Shown here one piece after another: positions 26,590-35,042 of a stretch of DNA of 64,000 nucleotides; within the stretch, counting starts at the first letter, position 1, and each line of letters begins with the position of its first letter. This DNA comes from Candidatus Omnitrophota bacterium (GTDB lineage: Bacteria; Ratteibacteria; UBA8468; B48-G9; JAFGKM01). The notes beneath the pieces were generated by a model, which made no database searches, was not told where the DNA came from, and worked only from the letters and a program-made list of their open reading frames with translations. The position numbers and the translations under genes were made by a program. Where the stretch lies: NCBI GenBank assembly GCA_023819375.1, contig JAMWDI010000006.1:35730-99729 (forward strand). The letters run 5' to 3'.

Positions 26590-27288
26590 TTAGAAATATT
26601 TTTCACAAATATCTATATCTTCTCTAAAATTTATATTTATATAAAATCCTTCAAAAATTACTGGACTTATAAATTCTCCCCCATCAATCATCTTTTGAAT
26701 TACATCTGTTATTTCAATTTCATTTCTTAGAGGAGATGGTGGTGTTATTTTAATATAATCAAAAACAACTCTATCAAAGAAATAAAAACCCATTCCACAT
26801 AAATTGTTGACAATATGTTTTGGTTTTTCTACAACCTTAATAACTTTTTTATTTTTTATTTCAACTGAGTAACTCTTTTTTATATCTTCAGGATTATCTG
26901 TTTTCCAAACTCCTATACCTTGTTTCATGTTTTTGGGAAAAATAAAATTTCCCTTGCATAGACAATCTCCTAAGACAACTATGAATTTTTTATTTACATA
27001 ATCTTCAACAAGGGAAACCGCATGACCAATTCCTTTTAATTCTTTTTGTTCAACAAACTCGCTTTTGATATTTAGGGTTTTAACATATTCAATTATTTTT
27101 TCTTTTTTGTAACCTACAACAAAAATAAATTTATCTGTTATATTTTTCCAATAATCAATAATATAATAAAGAATAGGTTTATTTTTTATCAAGATCATGC
27201 TTTTGGGTAAATCTGGTTCGTTTAATCGAAGTCCTTTCCCTGCACATAAAACTACACATTTCAAATCTTCTTTAAAAAATTTTTCCAT
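26590..27288 (-). CDS. sugar-phosphate nucleotidyltransferase
   Basis: VVLCAGKGLRL is the nucleotidyltransferase G-loop. I prefer the ATG at 27288 (MEKFF), which sits 1 nt after the stop of the upstream gene. The ORF is open up to 27315. Confidence 0.75.
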   Translation of the reverse strand: MEKFFKEDLKCVVLCAGKGLRLNEPDLPKSMILIKNKPILYYIIDYWKNITDKFIFVVGYKKEKIIEYVKTLNIKSEFVEQKELKGIGHAVSLVEDYVNKKFIVVLGDCLCKGNFIFPKNMKQGIGVWKTDNPEDIKKSYSVEIKNKKVIKVVEKPKHIVNNLCGMGFYFFDRVVFDYIKITPPSPLRNEIEITDVIQKMIDGGEFISPVIFEGFYININFREDIDICEKYF

Positions 27289-27289
27289 T

Positions 27290-28555
27290 TTAGTTTTTCC
27301 CTTTATAAAATTCAATAATTTTACTTATATTTTTTTCATTATCCCATATTTCTTTTGCTTTTTTAAATGCATTTTCTCCAAATTTTTTTACAAGTTCATT
27401 ATTTTTTAACAATATCTTTATTTTTTCAGCGAACTCATAAATATTTTGAGGTTCACAAAGAAAGCCTTCTTTTCCATCTTCTATAAATTCTTTAATTCCT
27501 CCTATTCTACTTGCTACAATCGCTTTTTTATTAAACATACTTTCAACAAGAACGACAGGAGACATATTTTCCCACTGTTCAGGAATTACAACTACTTTTG
27601 ATTCTTTAAAATATTTTTTAATTTCTTGATGATGTAATTTCCCTTTAATTACAACATTCTCGCTTAAATTTTTATCTTTTATCATTTTAAAAATATTTTC
27701 AACATATTTTTTTTCAACATTTTCAATTTCTCCAATTACATATAAAAGAACATCTGGAATTTCTTTTTTTATATTACTTAATGCTTCAATCAAAATATGA
27801 AGTCCTTTTCTGTATTGAATCCATCCTATATAAAGTAATATATTTCCTTTTGGTAAATCATATGGTTCATCTTTAAACTCCTCAAATATTTGAGGAATAA
27901 CTTTTGATTTTCTTATTGAAAGGCCATATTCTCTACCAATTTTTAAGGAAGAGTTTGATAAGAAAATGTATCCATCTATTTTTTTTAGAAAGAAGTTGAA
28001 AAATTTTTTTCTTAAAGGTAAAAATATTCTAAATCTAAATTGGATTTTAAAACACTTGAAACAATAAATACTGTTATATTTTTTACAGATATTATTGTTT
28101 AAATCAATCAATGTTTCATTCGGGCAGAAAAACCAATAATCATAAATAGATAGAAAAGATTTTATTTTGTAAAGTTTAACCCATATTAAGGGTGCAAATG
28201 AAATTTTTTTAAAATTGTGAAAATGAACAATTTCTGGTTTTATTTTTTTAAGAATTTTCCTTGATTTTAAAAAGACAATTATATCAAAAGGAAAAATTAT
28301 TTTGAAAAAATCAAAATTGCTTAAAATCCTGTTTTTTAAACTTTTAGGCTTTTTAAAGTCAATATAATTGTAAATTGTTTTTGTAACAAAAACATTTTTC
28401 TCTAAAATCTTATTTTTTGTTGGTGGTGTTATAAGATAATAATTTTTTATTTTATTTTTCTCTAATTCTTTAACCAACCTCATAGTTGCAATTTCTGCAC
28501 CACCATAAAAGTCATGATAATCAGGATGAAAGTCAACTATGTGTAAAATTTTCAT
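27290..28555 (-). CDS. GT4 glycosyltransferase
   Basis: 421 aa. ILHIVDFHPDYHDFYGGAE at the N-terminus and a C-terminal PEQWENMSPVVLVESMFNKKAIVAS E-x7-E-like region. Confidence 0.7.
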   Translation of the reverse strand: MKILHIVDFHPDYHDFYGGAEIATMRLVKELEKNKIKNYYLITPPTKNKILEKNVFVTKTIYNYIDFKKPKSLKNRILSNFDFFKIIFPFDIIVFLKSRKILKKIKPEIVHFHNFKKISFAPLIWVKLYKIKSFLSIYDYWFFCPNETLIDLNNNICKKYNSIYCFKCFKIQFRFRIFLPLRKKFFNFFLKKIDGYIFLSNSSLKIGREYGLSIRKSKVIPQIFEEFKDEPYDLPKGNILLYIGWIQYRKGLHILIEALSNIKKEIPDVLLYVIGEIENVEKKYVENIFKMIKDKNLSENVVIKGKLHHQEIKKYFKESKVVVIPEQWENMSPVVLVESMFNKKAIVASRIGGIKEFIEDGKEGFLCEPQNIYEFAEKIKILLKNNELVKKFGENAFKKAKEIWDNEKNISKIIEFYKGKN

Positions 28556-29691
28556 TTTATATATTCTTTTATCTTTTTAAAAATTTTTTTTGCTATTGAA
28601 ATTTTATAAGGCCTCATATCTGATGTCATTTTGTATATTTTTTCTTGTAAATCTTTTGAATATGTATCTGCTATTGGCTTTGCTTTTTCTCCATAAAATA
28701 AAGAGTCATATTGCATTTGTTTATCAAAAGGAACATAATAAGAAAAATGAGCATTTATTCCTATTTGTTTTGCCCATTCTAAACTTTTTAAGTCCTTTTC
28801 ATATGATGAACCGGGTAAACCTATAATGAAAAATCCATTAACACTATCAAAATATTTTTTAGCAATCAAAACCGCTTTTTCAATATCTTTACTTGTTTCT
28901 CCTTTTTTAATAAATTTTAAAATTTCGTCATCAATACTTTCTATTCCAAAACTTATATGAGTACATCCTGCTTCTTTTAAAGCAATTGCCACTTCTTCAT
29001 CAAATCTATCTGCTCTTAAACCATTGGCACAACTCCATTTTAAATTTAAGTTTTTAACAAGTTCACAAAATTTTATAACTCTTTTTTTGTCTACATTAAA
29101 GCAGTCGTCAAGAATTGAAAAAGATTTTATATTCCACTTTTCTTTTGCTAATTTAAGTTCCTCATAACAATTTTCTGGACTTCTAGTCAGATATTTTTTA
29201 TTTCTGCTTACACAATAGATACACTGATAAGGACATCCCTGAGAGGTCATTATAGCATAATTCCATACACCTTTTTGCCAGTTTTTGAGAAATATCGGAA
29301 AAGAATCAAAGAGTTCATAATTTGGAAAAGGTAGTTGGTCTGAAAAGGGTATATTTATTTCTATTTTTTCATCAAAATTAATATAGGGATAACAACATTG
29401 AACTTCAATTATTCCAGATACAGACTTTATTTTTGCTTCAGGATATTTTTTCTTATATTTTTCAGCAATTTTCCTTGCTTCACTATATGTTCTTGATTGA
29501 ATAGAAATACCAACTGTATCTGCTTTTATTTTTAAGTATCTATTTTTGGGTTTGGGTAAAGTATTTAAATCAATTATTCTACAATTTAAAATAGTTCCAA
29601 TATAAGCAATTCCAATATTGGGTATATCAAAATTTACTCCTGCATAAGGATTAATCAAAATTATGTTTTTATATTTTATCGGATATTCCAT
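28552..29691 (-). CDS. radical SAM enzyme with an N-terminal B12-binding-domain-like (Rossmann-like) module
   Basis: The CxxxCxxC motif is SQGCPYQCIYC. It is preceded by a roughly 150-aa domain (NIILINPY...VGISIQS), as in class B/B12-binding-domain radical SAM proteins. I prefer the ATG at 29691; the track start at 29736 is a GTG. Confidence 0.7.
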   Translation of the reverse strand: MEYPIKYKNIILINPYAGVNFDIPNIGIAYIGTILNCRIIDLNTLPKPKNRYLKIKADTVGISIQSRTYSEARKIAEKYKKKYPEAKIKSVSGIIEVQCCYPYINFDEKIEINIPFSDQLPFPNYELFDSFPIFLKNWQKGVWNYAIMTSQGCPYQCIYCVSRNKKYLTRSPENCYEELKLAKEKWNIKSFSILDDCFNVDKKRVIKFCELVKNLNLKWSCANGLRADRFDEEVAIALKEAGCTHISFGIESIDDEILKFIKKGETSKDIEKAVLIAKKYFDSVNGFFIIGLPGSSYEKDLKSLEWAKQIGINAHFSYYVPFDKQMQYDSLFYGEKAKPIADTYSKDLQEKIYKMTSDMRPYKISIAKKIFKKIKEYIK

Positions 29692-30889
29692 ATTTTTCTT
29701 CTCTATCAATTGTATTATATGCTCTACACCCTGCACATAGAATTGGAACTTTTTCTCTTTTTTTTACAATCATCTTTCTAAATTCTATATATCTCTTTGA
29801 ATACCATATTTCTTTAAAAGGTTTTTCAAAAATGTTGCCTAAAGCATATTTTTTTAAAAAATCTCTTTTATTAGACATTAAAACTGCACAACAAGGCATT
29901 ACATATCCGCCCATCATAATATAGGGTTCCTGCCAAGCAATGCAATTATGCATTGGTTGTAAATTTTTAGGATGTGTTGGATGAACAAATGAAATATTCA
30001 TTCCAAGTTTTTTTGCTTTTTTTATTGTCAATTTTATTAATTCATCAGGTATTTTAGGCAAAAAAAGATGTTCAATTTCTGGAAAATAAAGTAATCCTGT
30101 AAATTCAATTCTACTTCCTGGACCCAATAAATTTTTATTTAATGAATATACAAGTTCAACAAAATCTGGCATTTCGTGAACATTTAATTTATTAACTATA
30201 TATCTAAAATAAACTTCTGGAATTGGAGATTTATATTCTTTTTTTAATTTTAAAAATGTTTTAATGTTGTTTAAGGTTTTTTCAAAATTACAACCAATTT
30301 TTATTTTTTCATAAGTTTCTTTTGTTGCTGCATCAATTGAAATATAGATTGTGTCTACTCCAAGTTCTATAAGTTTTTTAGAAATATTTTCATCAATTAA
30401 ATCAAAACTATCAACTAATGCAACAAAAATATCTCTCTTTTTTAAATATTCAATCATTTTTAAATAATCTTTATTCAAAAAAGCATCACCTTCACCTGTT
30501 AAATTAACCCATTTTAATTTTGGAAAATTTGAAATGATTTTTTTAAATTCTTCAAAACTTAAATCTTTGTTTGGTTCTTTCCAATAGGTATGTTCACAGA
30601 TTAAACATTTCTTATTACATTTTGTTGTAATTTCAATTTCTAAGACTTGTGGATAGCCTATTATTTCAGGGATTAAATTGGGATATAATTTTAAAATTGG
30701 AAGAAAGATTGAACCTATCCAATTGCCAGTCCCTTCTCCACCAGCAAAAACAAAAAATTTTGTCCATAGAAATTTATATAATCCTCTAATACCCCTTTTT
30801 CTTAAAATATAAAAGATAATTTTTTTGTAATTGAACAAATTGAAGATTGGAGTTATTATAAGTTCTAAATTTTTAAAAATTTTTTTCAT
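29669..30889 (-). CDS. radical SAM / SPASM-domain enzyme
   Basis: 406 aa. CxxxCxxC is TTKCNKKCLIC. The C-terminal Cys-rich auxiliary-cluster region is HNCIAWQ...MPCCAV...LCAGCRAY. About 75 aa of hydrophobic N-terminal extension precedes the core. Confidence 0.8.
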   Translation of the reverse strand: MKKIFKNLELIITPIFNLFNYKKIIFYILRKRGIRGLYKFLWTKFFVFAGGEGTGNWIGSIFLPILKLYPNLIPEIIGYPQVLEIEITTKCNKKCLICEHTYWKEPNKDLSFEEFKKIISNFPKLKWVNLTGEGDAFLNKDYLKMIEYLKKRDIFVALVDSFDLIDENISKKLIELGVDTIYISIDAATKETYEKIKIGCNFEKTLNNIKTFLKLKKEYKSPIPEVYFRYIVNKLNVHEMPDFVELVYSLNKNLLGPGSRIEFTGLLYFPEIEHLFLPKIPDELIKLTIKKAKKLGMNISFVHPTHPKNLQPMHNCIAWQEPYIMMGGYVMPCCAVLMSNKRDFLKKYALGNIFEKPFKEIWYSKRYIEFRKMIVKKREKVPILCAGCRAYNTIDREEKYGISDKI

Positions 30890-32363
30890 TTTTAATCATT
30901 TCCTTAATCCAATTTGTTTTTAAGACTAACCCAAAATAGACAATGCAGCAAAAGATTACTTCAATAAATAAAAGATAAATATTCTTGTTAAAAAATTTAA
31001 AACTATTTATTAACCATACAATTAAAAAAAGCAAACTACTTCCCATCAATGGAACAAAAATAGAGTTTTTAAAAGTAAAAGAAAAGTTTATTTTTAGAAT
31101 TTTATGAAAAATCCACAGTAAATATGAAGTGCTGAGGCTAATGGAAATTAATGTGGCAATTATCACACCAACAAAACCTATAATTTTTATTAAAACGTAT
31201 GTAAGGACTATATTTAAAATACTTTGAAATACACTGGCATACATTTGATATTCTGGCTTTTCTATACCTACTAAAATTGCAGTTAAATTTGAAGAAAGTA
31301 AAGTTATTAAAAAAATTAAACTGAATAATCTTAAAACAATAATTGAATTTTCATATCCAGGCCCAACCCATACATTTATTATTAAAGGAGCAGCTGCAGT
31401 TATAAAAAACATAATTGGAAAGGCAAAAGTTGAAACATATTTCAATCCATATGTATGTAATTTTATTAATTTCCCCTTTTCATTTAATGCTTTCAATTCT
31501 GCTGATGCAGGTACAATTGCCGAATTTAAAACTCTTATCATACTTGCAAGTTTTTCAGGTATAGTATATCCGATCTGATAAATTCCAACAAGGCCTACAT
31601 TTAAAAAGTGCGATATGAAAAATTTATCCGTTTGATATGTTATAACTTCTTCAATTGTAGTTAGCCATCTTTTAATCCCAAATTTACTCAATTTTTTTAA
31701 CATGTTTTTTTCAAAGTTTAAAAAATTCATTTCAACTTCAGGAAATATTTTAAAAACAAAATAGATATATATTAAACTTCCAATTGAGTATACAAGAAAA
31801 TTATTAAGCATCAATCCTTTTATTCCCCAGTTATTTTTTATAAAGAAGATAACACCTAAAGCGTGTAGAGATGTGAGAAATATTGTAATTTTCCCTGTGA
31901 TATCCATTCTTTGAAATCCCCTTATGCAACTTTGAAAAAGATTAAAGATGTTAGAAAATCCTACATAAATAATTGTCCATTTAAAAAGGAATTGAGTATC
32001 ATCTTTAAATTCCTGTGGTATTTTTAGAATTTTTATTAAATAGGAAGGAGAAAAAAAAGCAAGTGGTAACAGAATTAAAAATATAATGAAATAAAAAAAT
32101 AAACCAGATTTTATTACATAATTTATGTTGTCTATCTCATTTTTTGTCTTATATTCTGCAATATATCTTTCAAAGGACTGCCCTATACCAAAATCAATAA
32201 GAGAAAAATATCCTGTTATCAATGTAATTAAAGACCATATACCATATCTATTTACTCCAAGATTTTTTAGAACAAAAGGAACAAGGAAAAATCCTAAAAT
32301 AGCAGAATACCCATAACTTATAAGATTGTAGATTGTGTTTCTTATAATTTTTTCTTTTAACAT
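30873..32363 (-). CDS. wzx: MOP-superfamily oligosaccharide flippase (Wzx-like)
   Basis: 496 aa and roughly 12-14 TM segments. The N-terminus IRNTIYNLISYGYSAILGFFLVPFVLKNLGVNRYGIW is typical of polysaccharide-biosynthesis flippases. Confidence 0.75.
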   Translation of the reverse strand: MLKEKIIRNTIYNLISYGYSAILGFFLVPFVLKNLGVNRYGIWSLITLITGYFSLIDFGIGQSFERYIAEYKTKNEIDNINYVIKSGLFFYFIIFLILLPLAFFSPSYLIKILKIPQEFKDDTQFLFKWTIIYVGFSNIFNLFQSCIRGFQRMDITGKITIFLTSLHALGVIFFIKNNWGIKGLMLNNFLVYSIGSLIYIYFVFKIFPEVEMNFLNFEKNMLKKLSKFGIKRWLTTIEEVITYQTDKFFISHFLNVGLVGIYQIGYTIPEKLASMIRVLNSAIVPASAELKALNEKGKLIKLHTYGLKYVSTFAFPIMFFITAAAPLIINVWVGPGYENSIIVLRLFSLIFLITLLSSNLTAILVGIEKPEYQMYASVFQSILNIVLTYVLIKIIGFVGVIIATLISISLSTSYLLWIFHKILKINFSFTFKNSIFVPLMGSSLLFLIVWLINSFKFFNKNIYLLFIEVIFCCIVYFGLVLKTNWIKEMIKNEKNF

Positions 32364-32365
32364 TT

Positions 32366-32383
32366 GTTTAATTTATTTTAAAC
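32366..32383. repeat. inverted repeat GTTTAA-N6-TTAAAC between the regulator and wzx
   Basis: Read directly from the sequence: GTTTAA 32366-32371 and TTAAAC 32378-32383. It is followed by the direct repeat TAAACAA-AT-TAAACAA (32379-32394). The same half-sites occur at 32899-32904 and 32920-32925, upstream of the regulator. Confidence 0.4.
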
Positions 32384-32412
32384 AAATTAAACAATTTTGT
32401 CAACAAAAAATT

Positions 32413-32895
32413 TTATTTTGAGGAAATTATTGTAGAATAACTTTGCAAATATTTAAGGTTTTTAGAAAAAAACTCAAGTTTATCTGTTAGTTTTTCAATT
32501 TCTTTTATTTTGTTTTTTATTAATTTTTCATTTTTTACCTTTTCAATATTTTTCTTTATTTCTTTCAGATATTTTCTGATTTCATTTATTCTTTTTAGAA
32601 GTCCTGTTTGTAATTTATTTATTATAATTCCTTCTATATCTTCATTTGCTTTATATAGTGGTCTTGTATGTCCCCTTTTCCAGACTTTTTCAACTGCATT
32701 CCAATCTTCAAGTTTTTTTAGATTTATACTTACATTACCCTTACTAATTCCAAGTTCTTTCGTTATTTGGGAAGGAGAAAGAGGTTTTGAATTTAAATAT
32801 AAAAGAGCATAAATTTGACAGGTTGTTCTATTAAGTCCCAATCCTTCTCCTATGTTTCCAGCCAGTTCTATCAGTTTTTCTTTTATTTTATCCAT
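32413..32895 (-). CDS. winged-HTH transcriptional regulator, GbsR/MarR-like
   Basis: 160 aa. QIYALLYLNSKPLSPSQITKELGISKGNVSINLKKLEDWNAV is the HTH region, followed by a C-terminal K/E-rich helix. Confidence 0.7.
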   Translation of the reverse strand: MDKIKEKLIELAGNIGEGLGLNRTTCQIYALLYLNSKPLSPSQITKELGISKGNVSINLKKLEDWNAVEKVWKRGHTRPLYKANEDIEGIIINKLQTGLLKRINEIRKYLKEIKKNIEKVKNEKLIKNKIKEIEKLTDKLEFFSKNLKYLQSYSTIISSK

Positions 32896-32940
32896 TTTGT
32901 TTAACTTGTTTTATATATTTTAAACTTTTGAAAAGAAAAA

Positions 32941-33804
32941 TCAATATTTAAATTTAGAAAATTCTTGTAAGGATTTCTTCATTATGTCAACCGGTGCTTT
33001 TTTCCCAGTCCATATTTCAAATGATATTGCTCCTTGATAGACAAGCATTGAAAGTCCATCAAGATGTGGAATTTTTAAATTTTCTGCAATTTTTAAAAGT
33101 TCAGTTTTTCTGTTATAAACAATATCATAAACAAATTTCACCTTTTCTATATTTTTTTTGTCTATAAGAAGCGTATCTCCTTCTTTCATCCCAACAGAGG
33201 TAGTATTTATTAATATGTCAATACTTTCCCATATCTTTTTTTCGTTTCTTTTTTCAAATTCAATTATTTCAACCTTTTGAAAATTAAGTTTTCTCTGAAT
33301 GTGTTCTTTAAGTTTAACAGCATTCTCAAAAGTTCTATTTGTAATAAAAATTGAATTAACTTTTTTAGAAATAAGTGAACCACAAATTGCATATGCACTA
33401 CCACCTGCTCCAATAATAAAAATGTTTTTGTTTTCAGGATCAAATTTCCCATCTTCTATTAAAGACCTTATAAAGCCATCTCCATCAGTTGTATATCCTT
33501 TTAACTTTCCATCTAAATTATGAATAGTATTAACAACTTCAAGTATTTTGCTCGTTTCATCAAGTTCATCTATATATTTAATGATTTCTTTTTTATGAGG
33601 AATTGTTACATTCACACCTATCCAGTTGAAAACTTTTATTGCTTCTACTGCTGTTTTTAAATTTTCTGGTTTGACTTCAAATGGTAGATAAACAAAGTCA
33701 ATTCCAAGATATTCAAAAGCAGAATTCTGGAAGATTGGAGAAAGAGTATGGGTCACAGGATATCCAAAAACTCCTGTAATTTTTGTTGTACCTTTAATTT
33801 TCAT
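32941..33804 (-). CDS. aroE: shikimate dehydrogenase
   Basis: 287 aa. GVFGYPVTHTLSPIFQNSAF, NVTIPHK, and the GAGGSAYA Rossmann motif. Confidence 0.85.
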   Translation of the reverse strand: MKIKGTTKITGVFGYPVTHTLSPIFQNSAFEYLGIDFVYLPFEVKPENLKTAVEAIKVFNWIGVNVTIPHKKEIIKYIDELDETSKILEVVNTIHNLDGKLKGYTTDGDGFIRSLIEDGKFDPENKNIFIIGAGGSAYAICGSLISKKVNSIFITNRTFENAVKLKEHIQRKLNFQKVEIIEFEKRNEKKIWESIDILINTTSVGMKEGDTLLIDKKNIEKVKFVYDIVYNRKTELLKIAENLKIPHLDGLSMLVYQGAISFEIWTGKKAPVDIMKKSLQEFSKFKY

Positions 33805-33849
33805 TTTTCAATTATTTTACCATAATTTTCTTAAGGACTAAATTTTTAT

Positions 33850-33877
33850 TTGACATTTTATATTTGTGTTTTAAAAT
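33850..33877 (+). promoter_or_regulatory. candidate sigma70-type promoter of parA
   Basis: TTGACA (33850-33855), a 16-nt spacer, then TAAAAT (33872-33877). This lies 27 nt upstream of the ATG at 33904. A tandem GAAGTTA-G-GAAGTTA sits at 33886-33900 and contains the SD. Confidence 0.5.
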
Positions 33878-33903
33878 TAAATTAAGAAGTTAGGAAGTTA
33901 AAA

Positions 33904-34671
33904 ATGAGGAAAATTGCAGTTATAAATCAAAAAGGTGGATCAGGAAAAACTACAACAGTTGTAAATATAGGATATTATCTTGCAAAAGCAGACAGAAAAG
34001 TTTTGTTAATCGATCTTGATCCTCAATCTCATACAACAATACATCTTGGTTTTGATCCACCGGAAATTAAAAAATCTCTTTATGATTTGCTTGTTAATCA
34101 AACTCCTTTGAATGAGGTTTTAAAGCAAACAAATTATAAAAATCTTGATTTGATTCCTTCAAGAATTGAACTGGCAAGTGCTGAAATTGAACTTGTAAAT
34201 GAAGTTGGAAGGGAAATAATATTGAAGAAAATACTTGAAAAAAATAGAGTAAGGTATGATTATGTAATAATGGATTGCCCTCCTTCTCTTGGGCTTTTGA
34301 CTTTAAATGCTTTAACGACTGCAAAAGAAATTTTTATTCCAATTCAAGCTGAATTTTTTGCTCTTGAAGGTTTAACTAAACTATTTCAAACAATAAAAAT
34401 TGTAAAAGAAAGATTAAATTCAGATCTTGAAATTACAGGGATTATAATTACTATGTATGATAAGAGGAAAAATATATGTAGAGATGTAGAAAAGAAGGTT
34501 GAAGAATATTTCAAGGATAAAGTTTTTAAAACAAGAATAAGAGAAAATGTTCGTTTGGCAGAAGCACCAAGTTATGGAAAAGCAATAGGTGATTTTGATC
34601 CAGGTAGTTATGGGGCTGAAGATTATGAAAATTTAGTAAAAGAAATTTTAAAACAGGAGAATAAAAAATGA
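33904..34671 (+). CDS. parA: ParA/Soj-family partition ATPase
   Basis: 255 aa. Deviant Walker A NQKGGSGKTTT, DLDPQ, and the DCPPSLG Walker B region. Confidence 0.9.
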   Translation: MRKIAVINQKGGSGKTTTVVNIGYYLAKADRKVLLIDLDPQSHTTIHLGFDPPEIKKSLYDLLVNQTPLNEVLKQTNYKNLDLIPSRIELASAEIELVNEVGREIILKKILEKNRVRYDYVIMDCPPSLGLLTLNALTTAKEIFIPIQAEFFALEGLTKLFQTIKIVKERLNSDLEITGIIITMYDKRKNICRDVEKKVEEYFKDKVFKTRIRENVRLAEAPSYGKAIGDFDPGSYGAEDYENLVKEILKQENKK

Positions 34672-35042
34672 GAAAAACAGGTTTAGGTAAGGATCCATTA
34701 AGTTGGATTAATTCAACAATTATAACTGACAAAGAAAGTGAAGAAGAAAAAAAGGAAGAAATAATTGCAGTAAAAAAAGATGTTGTTAAAATCCCTAAAT
34801 TTCAAACTTTTGAAGTCAGGTTGACAACACTTTTAAGAGAGGACCAACTTGAATTTCTTGAAAAACTTATTAGGGATATTCATAAAAATAGAGAACCTCA
34901 ATATAGAAAAGAAAGAATAACCAAAAATACTTTAATAAGGGTTTTTATAGATGCTTTTCGGAATGTAAAATTTGATATTAAAAATATACCTGATGAAGAG
35001 ACATTACTTGAAAGAGTTCTTGAAAAAGTTATAAGGGATTAA
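34668..35042 (+). CDS. small charged protein coupled to parA, ribbon-helix-helix-like (not a ParB)
   Basis: 124 aa with a 4-nt overlap with parA. The N-terminal tail is MRKTGLGKDPLSWI, followed by an acidic linker. FEVRLTTLLREDQLEFLEKLIRDI...ITKNTLIRVFIDAF then fits a strand-helix-helix pattern. I could not recognise a ParB HTH or CTPase motif. Confidence 0.4.
   Translation: MRKTGLGKDPLSWINSTIITDKESEEEKKEEIIAVKKDVVKIPKFQTFEVRLTTLLREDQLEFLEKLIRDIHKNREPQYRKERITKNTLIRVFIDAFRNVKFDIKNIPDEETLLERVLEKVIRD

Noticed and set aside
21425-30889. AsnB homolog plus radical SAM/SPASM enzymes as a lasso-peptide or other RiPP biosynthetic cluster.
   Set aside because: The AsnB homolog keeps the glutamine-hydrolysing Ntn Cys2, which lasso cyclases lack. 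The genes are contiguous or overlapping, so there is no space for a precursor peptide ORF. Every neighbour is a sugar-pathway enzyme.
33904-35042. The parA pair as evidence of a plasmid or integrated mobile element.
   Set aside because: I could recognise no integrase, transposase, relaxase, replication initiator, tRNA attachment site or flanking direct repeats. The flanks are aroE and core metabolic genes.
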